Shown in pieces: positions 36,708-51,500 of a stretch of DNA of 64,000 nt; within the stretch, counting starts at the first letter, position 1; each line of letters begins with the position of its first letter. This stretch comes from Balanoglossus misakiensis (Eukaryota; Animalia; Hemichordata). The notes below the pieces were generated by a model. It was not told the DNA's origin, did not search any database, and saw nothing but the letters and a program-made list of their open reading frames with translations. The stretch spans positions 6,208,172 through 6,272,171 of the forward strand of contig CM082593.2 in NCBI GenBank assembly GCA_040954595.2, read 5' to 3'. The translations under genes were made by a program, and so were the position numbers.

Positions 36708-37962
36708 ATATACATGTAGTTCTGTTTTTGTATGACAGATCATGTGTGCATGTGAAATTCAAAGTGATTTTTGTTTGTGTATGTATCGCCATTACCGGTA
36801 CCTTGTGTGCCAGTGTTACAAACTCTGAGCTTTCATATACAGAACACCCTATCATGCAAACAATATTTTAAACGATATATTTGTATATGAACGAAGGAAA
36901 ATAGTTTTATTGCGAATGAACACACCATCAATATGTCTACCACACTGAAAATCAACATCCCATATTGCCATAAGAGAAACGCCCTCACAAGGTGAAACAA
37001 ACAACTATAACTCAAATTTCAAAGCAGCATTTTATGAAGAACTTGAAAATAAACCTATTCACAGGCTTGTCAAGAACAAGTGGTTTTCATTATTGCAGTG
37101 TATGTCACAATTTCTGTTATGAGTTGCCTGACTAACTCACTTTGTGATTCTATACATGAGAAAGGAAAGTCTATAGTGGTCATTATACACTCACAAATTA
37201 ACACATCAAGGATCAAAATCTTACAGCTATGACACCATGCATTTACAATTCAATCCTATCCAGTACTTTTGATACAAGCGTTCACCCAGCAATTGCAGGT
37301 GTGTTCAGGTCCTTTTTTTATAAACAAGCATTTCTTTCCAAATATTTTATAGTAGCTAGTTAAACTGGCTACAAAATTTGTGCATAACCTATAATTGTAG
37401 TGATAGTTACAGAGCAAAATCTAAATGTATATTCACCAAATAAGCCAGGCAGTTTAGCTATAAATTGTCCAGAGAGAAAATAATGACATCTGTTCTCTAA
37501 AAATGAAAAAGCCTCTGTCTACAAGAAGTCAATGTCAATACAGCAAACCCAGTCTCTGGAACTCCATGTAAACGTTTAAACCATTCGACATTTCGCCATA
37601 AGGCCACTTGAAGTGAATGAGAAGTCCTGTGCATATAATTTATGTTTAGGTAAAGGCACTGAGGGTAAACAGTAGCGGTAATCTTTGCTCAGTTTTTCAG
37701 TAATCCTGTTCTGTGTGCTGGCTGCCTTTCTTGATGGGGCAGTATGTATAATAAAATGTACTTGTGTAGAATGCATTATTGATGATCAAATCAAAGTCCA
37801 GGTATGAACAGTTCTTTCATAGTGCATGTCACATGGATGAGTCTGATGTTTGTAATTTCAGGACAGCAGTACAAGTACAGCTGACACATGGAACCCAAAC
37901 ACTGACAAAATCTGGCCAAAGATTACAGCTACCATCCCTTTAGTTTACATTTTCCAATGTAT

Positions 37963-40770
37963 TTACACTTCCAGAGTTCCGACATGCAATCCATCACTGC
38001 CTGTTCCCAGATCAAACGAAGGACTCCTTTTCATTTCCTTCTCTCCATCCTTGAACGGATTATACTCAAAGTCCTTGCCTCCGGCATCGTCGTCGTCCCG
38101 GAAAACCTGATCTCGGATGTCGGATCCGGACGTGCGGCCCGCTGTTGCGCTGTCTTCGTGCTCGTCCTCAGCTTCTTCAAATCGGTCGTAATCTTGACCG
38201 GAGGCCCCCTGGTCTCCGAAGCTCCTGGCTTTTATGGTGTGGACGCCGTGCAGAATTGCGCTTACTAACAGCATTATTCCTACACAAAAAACAGCGAAAA
38301 CGTGAACCGATTAGAGCTTCTCAATGCGTTTATAGTTTCAGTGGCCACTGGTAAGTGATGTCATTCACAGATACACTCACTTTGATCACTGTCAATATTT
38401 TCACCGAACAAATTTTTTATTTGTCTTAGCTGCGGTTACACGGTCGATGATGACATGAATGAGTAGGGTTTACAGGTGCTGGTTACCAGTAATAATCAGG
38501 ACATTATCGAGATTATGAAGCATGCCAACTGATGCCGATTTTACGTACCTAATATGCAGTTACCATAGCAACAAGAATGGTGGCGCATATAAAGGTGCAT
38601 TGTGGGATACGTTTGTATTTATATGGCAGACCGTTGTCAAGTTAGCACACAAACACAGTGTCGTCAGAAGGCACATTGTCGACGCAAGACATGGATGAAA
38701 CACAAATAAAAAAACAAGTCAACAAGCAAAACTGTAAGTTGGCAAATGGGGAAAACTGTAAGTCCTTTCAGGTATAAAGAAAATAAAGCTAAATACTGTA
38801 TAAATACTACATACAAATATTACTGCAAAAGATTAATTTAATCTATAGATATTCCATGCAGGTAAAGTTATAATTTCAATCATACTGCATAAAAGTGTTA
38901 TAAACTACAAATAGTACTTGTTAAATAAATAAATACTAGTTCGATGTTTTAAATAGTGTTGCCATGGCAACGTTTTAAATGTGGGAATATTGGTATTTCT
39001 CTTTTCTGGCTTCCTGCTGTTCCTCTGTGACCTCTTCTTTGTGGAAAGTTTTGATGGAGTACACCAAACCCAGCAAAATCATCAAGGCACCTTGAATTCA
39101 AAACGTTGTGAATTACACTCAAGTGTGGATGTGTCACTAAACTATAATATCTATAGCGGGTGGAGTAATTTCAGCTGACTCAATGAATGGATTGAGTGTA
39201 TCAGTGACATAGGAGATTGGTTAGTAACAAACGGACAGTGAATCAGGATGCCAGGGGCTGGTGTCACAGTGCCATCCAGTGAGGTAATAAATAATGAAAG
39301 CTCTGAATATTTAACTGGGTCTTACCTGAGATGACGGCCAGCCACACTGTGGTGGGATTCAGAAAACAAACAATGGACAAAATCACGTATAAAATACTTC
39401 GCTTCCAGTTGTCAATCCACGTGACTATGCTCCAGCATTTGAACATGCAGGACTCCTCTCTGCAAACAAAATTAGTATTGAAGTCACATTTCCCGGAATT
39501 CTTTTTTGTACAATGTGAAAGCGACATGGAAACACAGGCAACACTACTGAAAGAAACTTTCTTTGTTTACAATAAGACCTAAGATCTGCTCAAGCTACAG
39601 TAAAAGTTACTTTGACTGTACTTTTACATCATATAAAACCTTGCAAGTCACAGGACTGAGTAGCAGTATGCTTTGATAGAAATGTAATAAACTACTGAAA
39701 AAATACCTACTTGCAACACCTTGTGGCACATTTGTCGAGGATGAAAAGCGTTTCCAAAAAAGTAACCAGTATTGCTGTGATGCTGCAGAAGGAAAATGAA
39801 TACTTTATCAATAAACATTAAAACATGAGTCATGATAATAGGTAGACATGTCATGATATATAAGGTCATGATATAGGAGTCATGAGATCATGAGTAACGT
39901 AGTATTATGGGAAAGGAAGCCAACGAGTTGAGCTTAACCACAGATGAAAGAACATGAATCAACTTACAGGAGATAAAGACCAATTTCTGCATGGGTTCCA
40001 CGATTCACAACTTCAATTCCAATGCCCCATAAACCTGTAACAGTGAGTAAACAAATATTAAGATTTTTTTTCTCATGACATTTCAATGTTTTGGGCGTTT
40101 CTTTTAATATGTTTAATATGGTTTTGATTTTAAATATTAATATTTAATATGCATATGCCCTTTTTGGATCGCCTGTCATTTCAAACGTGTATTGTTTTAG
40201 ACCAGTTGGGGCGCATTCCATTTCAATGCAAATTTTACGCTTCAAATTGATATATTGCAATTGTTATTAACTTATTTATAGCTACGTTGACTGTCTTTCT
40301 CTAATGTAGAATTCTTCTTTCAGCGATCGTAAAAACTGAATAGCCTACTGCCAAGGTCGCGGCGACTGCGACAAATAGCCCCACTGTTCAGGGGCAGCCG
40401 ACCGCGACCATTCCGACTATGCGAACGACCAAAGAGTGTTTGTACAACACTCACTCGCACAACTGCAACTTGGAGATTGCGATCGCATAGATGACGACCG
40501 AGTATTGCTCAGTGCACACACACAACGAAATAAACGTGTAGTTTTGATCATATGATCAGTACTTGTTGCTGGTACAGCGTACCGTATTGTAGAAAGACTC
40601 ATGGATTGCCAGAGTCATAGCGAGTTCATTCATCATGCAACCTCACCATCGAGGGCAGTGAAAGTCACGTACGTACCTACGGCTGTAACGATTCCCCAAA
40701 CCCTAGTTACGAACGTAAAATGGTCCCACACAAAATTACAACATCCACATCTGTCTCTGCCTTCTGCCAT
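37963..40770 (-). CDS. TMEM72: TMEM72-like four-pass membrane protein (~227 aa, 5 exons)
   Basis: Exons 40770-40677 (MAEG..VWDHFTFVTRVWGIVTAV), 40034-39968 (GLWGIGIEVV..IGLYL), 39782-39711, 39459-39326 (WKRSILYVILSIVCFLNPTTVWLAVISG), 38279-37963. Phases join. Resembles vertebrate TMEM72 (recalled LAYLLLSVACFLHP..VW..IPG). Confidence 0.75.
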
Positions 40771-43084
40771 GGTCCGATTTAAAATTCAGCAAGAGCTTTG
40801 TTGTCCATTTGTATTAGATCACCAAAATAGTACGCTGTACCGATAGTACAGTCACAGTTATATGTAAAAAGGGATGGCTTTAGCTTGGATTCGGTTTCGG
40901 ATCCGACCTAATAAGTAGTTGAGGATTTATAATCTGTAGATTCAGTATACTGTAGGACGGGCAGGAGGGACTGTTGTTTTAGTGCGTAAAATTACATAAA
41001 AGTCAATATTACCTTTTTACCGAATAGTATACATTTATCTATTCATATTTCTATATAAAACCGCGAGTTTACGCAGGAAAAGGTTCGAACACATTCGCTG
41101 TAAATTATTATCATGTGCAGATCTCGCCTCGGCCTCGGCTTCAGGCATGTGCACTGTTTCTGTATTATCCAGGTTTCAGCCTGGTTTCTATCTGTATCAT
41201 CCAATTTGGTGATTTGCATTATGCGGCTAAGAGGAAATATGCTGAGCAAAATCCTTCGAATTATTTTTGCTCAGCTAATTTTTCTCGCGTGCGACAGCCT
41301 ACTTAAATATAAACAAAGAAGTTTTCCAAACACGCCATTGGTGGCGACATTTAAAAATCCACAACAGGGCTTATTGTCCTTGTACCAGAATGTCATTGCC
41401 CTTCCAAAAGAACGTTTGCCCCAACAGGTGCGATCAGTCTGGCAATGTACGCCCGTTTTCAATATATATTTAAATTTTCATGACCTCGTTATCTGGGGCG
41501 TCTACATTGCACACATGTTACAAAGTGCAAAGCATGTTGACCAATCACACAAATGTTGTGCATGTGACCAACCTGTTTCAGGTTTAGGGAAAGTAATTGA
41601 CCAATCAGAATTGTCAGGTCTAAATTATTAGCCAAACAGTGGATCGCTCAATTACCAGCATGTTGGCGCATGCTCTATACACATTTTCAGCCGTTTTATT
41701 TTTTGTGTAGGGGTACCTGTTCAAATACAGGGGGCATCAACTTAGCGGACATATGAACAAAGTGCCCTCACAGCACTGAATTCCGTTATTTGATCCGCTA
41801 AAACTGTTTATCTCCAAGATTCATAACACAACACAAGGACACATTTCGTTCCATCAATTTGAACATTATTTTATTGAAAAAGGAGATACTCAGACACCTG
41901 TTCTTCGAAAAAAAAAACATAAAATTATGATTGGTATTAAATGGTCCATCTAAAGAGTAGAGTCACAAACCACAATAGACTAATAATTTACATGTACGCA
42001 ACTACAATGATTGAAAAAAAATGGCATCTGTACATAAAATAATTTACTGCGACAATGGTTTATACATACTAGTTTGTGAAGAGAGATACTAACATTGTTA
42101 TGGGTATGCTTTTCACACCCTTACATTGACCTATTCAGTACACCATGTCTTATTAAGAAAATTGTTCACAGAGAAAATCAAACAGTTCTTCCATATAGCA
42201 GAGTTTCTGTTTCACATCACTTTAAAGAGCCCCCCCCCCCCAGAAAATTATTCCAAGAGTCACTCTCCTTCAACGTGACCACCGTATACAGTTTACGTAA
42301 AGAAAGACCGGTTGTGGTTGTCATAGTAATGATACATTAAGCAGTTGTGTTCTGAGGTGATGTGATAAAGGCGGCGTGGCTCCACTGAACTATAATCTGT
42401 AGTCAAGACTTGTCGTAAATTTTACAGGAAACCTCTTCACGGTACACAAAACAGTAAATATTCAACAGCACTGTGATCTATAGAATTTAATTCGACTGAA
42501 GCAGATGTGATCTAGAATGTGTATAATCATATCTGAATTTTTATATGATTAATATGAATGTGATAGTGTTTATACAAAAACAAGTACTGAAATAATAACA
42601 ATGACATTTATAATTTGTTTGAAAATATCAGATGAACAATGTATGAACAGAGAATTTAACTCAGCGAAAGCAAAGAACGAATAACTTGACATGAAAGTGT
42701 CAAATAAAATACAGAAATCTGCGAGCCAAGACTGGAAAAGTTGGACATGGAATCTCTGATAGTTACAATGCACATAAAAGGTGTACACAGTCATACAATA
42801 AATTACAGACAATGCCTTAACACTGTTTCATTTCAGTTTACGAATATTTTTTTGTCTTTTTTAATGATTTCCTTCCTTGCCACTAAAGAAAGCAATGATT
42901 GGAATGACGCTCTTCAAAGGTCAAAGGTCAAAGAGCCTGAGCATGTATGAAAACATTTGTCTTGCTTCTTTGCGAGCATTACGGTTGAGGGTTACACTAC
43001 AGTTCGCTTCATGGTCTAAAATATATTCAACATTAGTATAAGCAACGATAGCATAATTTGCTAGCCTATGATCATGAGCAATGA

Positions 43085-43290
43085 CAGGATGCTTAGCCAA
43101 TCACAGGCCTGGACAAGATGATGAGCCAATGATCACTGTGAGCCAGAACAGGATGATCAGCCAATCACAACAGGATGACAATTAAGATTAGCCAATCACC
43201 GACTGGGGTTTCTTGTGATAAGCCAATGGCCATCCAGGACTGGGTGAGCGTTTGCTGACCAGCAGCAATCTCAAGCAATGATTGGCTGGG
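43085..43290. promoter_or_regulatory. Cluster of AGCCAAT (CCAAT-box) motifs in a degenerate repeat
   Basis: Five AGCCAAT on + (~43095, 43124, 43159, 43190, 43221) and one ATTGGCT (~43281), several preceded by CAGGATG. Confidence 0.4.
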
Positions 43291-45581
43291 GTGATTTGTG
43301 ATATAAATCTTCCTCATACTGCCAATTTACAGATACAACTAATGTATAAATATGAATGTATCATAAACTACTGCTTGCAAGATGTACACCAATCAAATCA
43401 GTTGCTATTAAAATATTTATGCATTTCTTTTTCTGTGATAATTTTTGAGACCAGAGCGACTAAAGCAGAAAGCTTCTTTAAATAATGAAATTTTATATAG
43501 TTTGAATTCTGAGCAAGAGTAGACATCAGAAAAAAAGTCTTACAAAGTTTGTATAGGCTTGCATGTAAGTTCTCAGTCACTGAAAGTTTCAAAGGCAGAT
43601 GGCCATAAATAACTCACAAAAAACATAAACAGACACTGTGTACACAAATCAAACTACACAAAATGTCGTCTTGATGCAAGCTGAGCAGATATACCGCTGC
43701 AGTGTGTGTGGATTTCTCTCATTGGTTGCTTACAGACCATGCATGTCACATGATCATCATGTGACTGACATATGACAAGAGGTAGAGAGGCTATTGGATG
43801 AAAATCAAGCTGATGTACAGTGCAGATTGGTAGCAAGATGACGGCTGTGTTTGAGGTAGGTATCTGGCAAGGCAGTGGTCTGTCAGTTTATCAAAAACCA
43901 CACTGATTTGTGTTATCACAGAATTAATTTTTTTCTTCTTTAAAATACCCCATTATGATTTACTTTTGATGCAAAACAGATTAAGAATTAATTACCACGT
44001 CTGGTACATATGCCACAATTGATAAAGTATTCTTCCAAAGATAAACACCATTTTTAAGAGAATTTATGTTTGATATATTCCTAATAATATAACTCAGAAT
44101 ATTTAGAACATTTTTTGCATTGTTAGCTGTTGAGCTGAATGCTATGCTATGAAGGAAATAGTTGGGTTCTATGCTACCATGTACGTCGCTGTCGTACGTA
44201 GTCAGCTATTGGCTAGTTATAATGATACGCCATCAGTTATTGGCTACGCAGTATGTCAGAGAGCAAATCATCTGGCTGGGCACCACTTGCTCTGAAAAAA
44301 ATGTCTGAATTACATCATAGGTCACCAGGGGGTCAGGTTGGTCAATTTTTAATTTATATTTGAAGAGTAGATAGAGTACAGATACTATGGTGATGAAGTA
44401 TGTGGAGACCACAAGTGATCAAACAAACGAACAAACAAACACAGACAATGAGGACGATGTGTTGATTGTCTTGGATGATTACATGGTAACCTAGCAACAA
44501 ACAAGAAAAATCCATACACCATACAGACAAGGCCATTGCAGTATCTTGAGTAATCTAAATCCTAGTACAAAATATACACATAATTTTTAACATAATTTCT
44601 CTCTTGGTTTTTCAAAATTACTTTATACATCCTATATACAAATATTCAATTTTCCTTCGATCGAGCATAGACAGTAGAAAAGAGATACTGTCCATGAATC
44701 GACCAAGCTTTGGATTAAAACAACTGTAAGTTTTAATCGAAGCAAAACTTGTAAGAGGAATCTCGTTATAATTTACACTTAGCTATAATAAACAAGACTC
44801 TGTAAAAAGCACTGTTTCTAGTGTTGCAGTGTCTACTAATTCATATGGCCCCAGATCACAACTACACGACGGCTGACTGCCATCTTTCTACATCACAGCT
44901 ATTCTCATATCCCGCTGTATGCAACTGACAACACAGGGGTCATCGCAACCTTTAAACAGACACTTATCCACGATTCGACTTCCGGGAGAACACATGACTG
45001 GAGGATCGCCATTCCGTGTATGATTCCACCCGACCTCATTCCAGTATATAATCCTTGCTTGTAATTCCGTCATGAGCCCCCTGTGTTGTCGTAGTTACTT
45101 CCGTTGCTACGACTACAGTAAACGATACAAGAATACTTCGATATCCTGAGAAACTGGGAGCAGTCTTGGTTATGCAAATGTCGTCTCTTGTGATTCTTAT
45201 TTTTTGTCCTTCATTCAGTCTGTACTGGTGAAGTCTCTGTGTGGCATATCGCGTAGGATTGGGTCGACAGATCCATGTGTATCGCTCTTTTTTCAAGAGT
45301 CCCTTCATGATTCTGTTCCCGTGGGCAAGTCACACAAAAAAACGAACCAACATACTGACGCACACATCATCCCTGTCGTTGCGCGATTCCAGTGCGGTCT
45401 CGACAGTCCACCTGCCAACCAGCCAATCACCAGTGACGAGCACACACTCGCGCACGGCAACTAACAGTCGACGCCCACCGACGTGTACATCAGTCACATG
45501 ATGGACTTACACGTCTCCTACGAAATACTGTCATCTCACATTGTCTGCTTTCAAAACGTTTTAAGGGAAGCTGTGTGACAT

Positions 45582-48500
45582 CTACGAGACAAACGAACCT
45601 CCAATGCCGACCCGGACTCCATGAATTCCAGCTTTGAAGGTATTGTTATTGCCTGCAGGGAAGAGAAAAAGTGTCGTATATGTCACGTCAATGGACACGG
45701 ATAATCATACATTCATCTTCAATATACATATATTGAAAAATGATACAAAGAACACATGCATTCATTTCAATCTCTCATGAAGTTACACATTGACTGACTT
45801 CTTCACTTGCTGCAGAATACACAGTCTTCATTTTGCGCAGGATGGCAATTTCAATGAATTACATGAAAAGCTCGGTGATACTTTTGAAGTTCACGATAAG
45901 CCTGACACTAACCTGACCTGGTGGCTTGTGATTTTAATGACCTGGCACTGACCTGACCTTTCTGGGAGTGACCTCCTAACATTGACGCAACCTGGTGACC
46001 TCAATGACTCACCATGATGAGTGACACCACACACAGTACTCTTGCTATTTTCCTCTGCTGTCATCTTCCCTAGCAAGCTACTGGTACTCTCACGTAAGAG
46101 AGACTGATCTTCCCAAACATTATTCTCCATGGAAAACTCTCCACTATTCCTAGGTTTACGTCATGTCTTTCTATTTCAGCTACATCCACTAACACTAGAT
46201 ATCTTTCTGAAATAGGAATCTTTTCCTGCACGCCAATAAATCAATCTACTCTTTCTCTCAACTGCCCTTCTGTCTTTTAAAGGCGACATCAAACAAACTA
46301 ACAACTATCACACAAACTATCGATTCCATAGTCTAACTTTTATTCTATTCTAGTATTCAGAAATTCATCTCAGATCTACTAAACAAAAAATAAAAAATAA
46401 ATATCATTCTGCAAAGTGAACGGTTGGCGGCTTCCTGACTTCACTATTTGGGGATTCCTCACCTGGTGTGGGATTGGATGGTCTGAAAACACTGGCATTG
46501 TACGGGACTGGTATGGATTGCGGTGTTGACGACCTCCTGTTAAAACCAAATGGTGTCTCCGACTGAAAAAGACGAGTAAAAAAGATATTCAGGTTTCCAG
46601 ATTAGTCAGGGTTCAGCTAGACTCTCTCACAGCCCCTCTCACAGTCCATGCAGGCTTATAGTCTGATTGCATGTGTGAAGGTTGGCTACACAACACCGTA
46701 TTGGGCTTCTCCTTTGCTAAACTTTGAGGGCGCATCAGTGAAGAGCCTTGTAGGGCACCGTGGGCTGTGAGAGAGTCTTGGGTTAAGCTTACATGTATAC
46801 ACAAGACAAGAACACATACCAATTCCATGATTCTATGTAGGATTTCCCATCAGGGCAATGCAACATGAACTCACCCGAAACGTGTGCGTCGTGTTCGGTC
46901 TCGACTCGGGATTGGCTATTTTGTTGAACGGCTTCCGACTGGTCTCGTCGGCTACGGCACTCGACACGCGGTTGTGAGAGTACCGACTGCTGAAACCACC
47001 ACGCTGAAAAAGAGACATATTTCAACAGTCTATTAACCCTTCCACCGCAATGGTTTGGTCCCTATGTATTGTTTCTATGGTAAAGTTGGATCTCTTAATT
47101 CAGAAACAGGGGTGAATGTATCAAAACTCACTTGTAGATACAGGTATATCACTTCATCAGGGTAAATACTATATCCACCAAGCCATATGTTACGCTTCAT
47201 ATAAATTTTACGCAACTGGAATATTCAGACACGGACAAACATCAGACTTTTTTGAACTCACCACTGGTTTCAAATTGTAAGTTCCCATCTGTGAGTTTTC
47301 GTGTACTGTTTCTATTGGTGGCAGGACACTGTTCCGTGACCACTGATATGCGGGTGATAGACTTGTCATTGGATGAGTCGGCGAAGATGAGCCAGTTTTC
47401 CTGCGAGGAGAAAAAAACAGCAATGATGGACTGATAACTCCACAGAATATAAACTGTAAAGAGAGTCTTTATAAGAATCATGATAAATGTAATTTTAAGT
47501 CAACAAAGGCAAGTTCAAGGTACATATGCCCATATATAGTTAAAAGGGCACGTCTATAAAACTTTCCATAACCCTATATGTTTAAAAAAAATATTTAATT
47601 TGTGCTATTATTTAGGTACGCTCAATCTTATGTGCAAAATACAGCAAATCAATCACAGTGGAGGAATTATGTAGATTTCAAACACACATAGATTGTGTTG
47701 GAGTTGACCTATGACATGAACTTCGCAATGTTGATGACAGTTACTTATGAATGTAACACTGCTTTTGTGTTTGTACCTCAATACACATTTCTGCAAAATT
47801 CCTGACATGTACAAGCGTTCAAATAAGTCAGGTCAGCTTATGCACCATTTAAGAAAATGCAAACACACAAAAATACAGAAACTGATGCTATCCCAATTTT
47901 TTAACAGTCACACATCAGAATACCATACCCCCGAGTGCATTATCATCACAAATCACTTTACAACTGAACTCAGTTAGTGTGTGTTTTACTTCCAGGTGCT
48001 CTCAAACTACTGAGACTTACCACTTGTCAGGAAAACCTTTGCCCTTGGGACTGAAAGGAAGAGATACTTTTTGTCTAAATCTCCCTGTACTGAATCCCCA
48101 GTATTTCTGTATACACTTAAGTGGGCTGGCTGACCCCTTGCCCCCACCACACTTTTGCATCTTGACAAGATTCTATCAAATTCTGGTGTAGATTTGCGGT
48201 TGAATAACGATTAAACAGGCAGCCGCAAAGACAAGGTGGTGCAGCCTTTGAATAGTACTCAAACAGGACAGCCAGTTACAGTAGTATATAACCAACCGAG
48301 AAGACAGAATATATTTGATGCTGTTGCTGTTGGTTTTTGTGGTCCAGTCTTTTCTGGACCAACGTGACACTACACCCAAAACTCGCAGAGAGAATCGATA
48401 CTTACAATTTCTTTCCTATTGCTAAAATATTGAACTCATCCATGGGGGTCTTTGGACGTTCTGGATACTTCCAGGAGGTCTGTAATCTTTTGGCTTGTCT

Positions 48501-51500
48501 CGTCGGAATCTTGCTGGCCGTTCTGGGCCTCTGTAGTAGGTTACTCGATCCCGGTCGATTGTTAGACAACGCTTCCTCCCTGTCAAAACAAACATACCGG
48601 TATCAACAATTTGACAACAAAATCTACGGAAATTGAAAAAAGGTGATTCAAACTGACAACAGTTTAAAATGTTAATACAAAAATGCTGATATGTGAAATC
48701 TGGTGTCGGTTTTCACCTTGTGAGGGCGCCACTTGTTGTGGAAAGGTCCAAAACATGGCAGACAAATGTATTCCTAGGCACATAACAAATTTATTAACTA
48801 TGGCCAGAAATGTTCGGTGTAATGAACATGAGGTTATGTGACTTACATAGGGTTTTTATCGCGCTTGTGTAAATATTTGGCTTGTACTATTATCAATCCG
48901 TCTAAATCTGACAATGTGTTGGCTGGTGCTGTGTTGAGTCTTGCCTGTGGAAACAAACAAACAAACATACAGATCAGTTACCATGGAGATGTAATGATTG
49001 ACACATAAGTCAGCAATCATAACCAGGGAGACAGATCTCACAAAAAGTCACTGAGGACTAAGTTGTGTTTACTTCTTGGGTGGGACACTGTCTATCCAGT
49101 TAACATCGAAAGTAAGAGACTTGAGGTAAATTTTTGCAACGACAGAATCTGGAATTAGTACAGAGGACTACAGCTTACCCCTGATTGTATTGGATTTAAC
49201 CTGGCCGCATCGAAGCCCCCTCTGGAGGGCGGCGGCGACGACAGAGGGTCAAAGCTCGGCCCTATGCCTATTGGCGCCAACATGGGTACATTGGGGACAT
49301 CCATGTCCATTTGATCTGCATTGAGATCTGAAAAGAAAATAATGAAACATTTGTGTCACTCTTTTCGTATGCACATATTTCAACACTTCTTGAAATGAAG
49401 CCAACATGATACATACACTTGCATGTATGTACCCTAGAGGGTGATAATCTCGACATTGCTCGAACAATTCTCCATACTACATCAGATCAACATAACAGTT
49501 CTCATGGATAATGTATATAACTGGTGGGTGTACAGATATCTTGAAGGCAGAGATTTTCAGCTGCTATATTTTTGCTATTCGGACAGTCAAATTTACCAAC
49601 ATATACCCTGCTTGTCATAAGGTCACTCAGGGTCAAAGGTTCAAAGGTCAACGCACTCACCATTTCCCTTTCTGTCTAAGTGCTTCTTGATGAGAACCCT
49701 GAGCCATGTGGACACTTCATTCCACAGTGAATCAAACACTTGGCAACTAATGCTGTCTTGAAGACAGGCATTCGGTGTGATAGGTGGGAAACCTAACCTC
49801 CGCCGCCTTGGAGCGTGGTATTTTTTCTGTTCAAAACCATCATCGTCCCCCCTAAATGAACGAACAAACATAGGAAAAAAAGGATTAGCTAAAATGGTAA
49901 AAATGATATGATTGGGAGTACATGTATATCCAAGATTATGTTTGGATGTGCTGTGAAATTTTGTGGGTGAAACATTTTGCATTTTTACAAAAATTTGAGG
50001 AAAAGGCTCACCCAATCTTGTCGTACGCAAGATATTCCTCCACGCAGCCGTCCGACTCAAAGATTTCTTCTTCCAGATGCGAATATTGGTGATTGGGCGA
50101 GGCAGTTCTTAGTTGAGATGGGTCTACAGAGGGCGCTTCGGTGGCCACCACGTGTTGCCCTTGTATTGCAAGTCTGAAAGTCAGAGGTGATCAATTACAA
50201 TTAATCAATCACAATTATCTACATCCGACGCGACACAACTGCGCATGGCCACCAACAGCCGATAGTTTCAGTAGGTAGTACTACCATGCGCACAACCGGA
50301 TAATTACAGGAAATCGTTAGAGCAATGGTGCAATTACAGTAATTGCTGATATTTCTGAAAGAATAGGATTACATTAATCATTGCAATATCTATAATTAAC
50401 TTTCTCGTTTGGAGTTGACATGAGTGGGTGATCAATTAAAATAATTGACAAATATTTGCATTACCACGATGGCAATAGCTCAGACAAAGAAACCATGCTC
50501 CTGTTAGTATACATAATAGTAATACATTTTCCCTACTTGGGTTAATTTTTTTCATGGACACATTCACAAGGGCTTTCTGTTTTATCCTCCAAATCCCTCT
50601 TCACAGGACCTGTTCTGCTTGGCCATGCAAGTGTGAAAGGCGGAACAACCAGAAGTTGGAAGATTTTAACTTACTCTTGAGTGTCCATGGCAACACAGCC
50701 AGTGAGTTCATTTTCACCTACATCTAGTAAAATGCTGCCTGTAGATGGCCTGGGCGCTTCTTGAGGGTAAAGCTGAAATCCTGCATCTTGGGGCTGGATT
50801 AGTTGCTCGCCAAGAATTCTACAAGGATAAACAGAACATGTAATGTAAATACATTAAGATTTTTTAACCCTTTCACCATCATGGTTTGGTCCAAATCCAT
50901 TGTCTACTATGGTCAAGTCGGACATCCCAAGAGAGATATAGGGGTGTATAAAGGGTAAAACTGTACCTGAGATGTGGAAATCTTGCTTTCCAGTCCTTGC
51001 ATTCCTGGGCAAGTTGTGGACTAACACCTTTGGTGTCTTCAAACAGAGTGCTGTCAATCTCCTCGAACATGTGACGCACTGTCCTGGCAGCTCTCTTGTC
51101 GAATTCCTGCAACGGAAACCAAAATAGAGTTCACAAACATTCACACACTTATCATATATGCACTGCTTTGACCTGGTTGACTTATTCACCCCCTTAATTT
51201 GGTTTGATCGCATTGTTTACCACTGGGACTGGTGGAACCACATACAAGGAACTGGGGGTGAAAGGGGTTAATTATCGGCAGCCCCCTCGGTAGGGAACTT
51301 TGAATTTTCTTGCTGAGCCAAATGAGTTAGCCTATCCTATTTCATTAATAGTAGGTGGCAGTGATGTTAACCCCCCCCCCCCCCCCCCTTTCAAGAAAAT
51401 TCTGGAAAATCTAATCCTCAATCCAGACCCAGACTGAACAGCATACCACACTGAACCACTGGGGGCGCACTTCATTCTATCACAAGCCAAGCTACGGATC

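Noticed and set aside
37963-40770. CACFD1/Flower identity for the small membrane protein
   Set aside because: The CFLNP..VW..ISG segment and the N-terminal W..F....R.WGI.TA fit TMEM72 better.
45891-46130. Extra FAM149 exon
   Set aside because: There is an in-frame stop just upstream and no phase-compatible acceptor; the flanking exons already join in frame.
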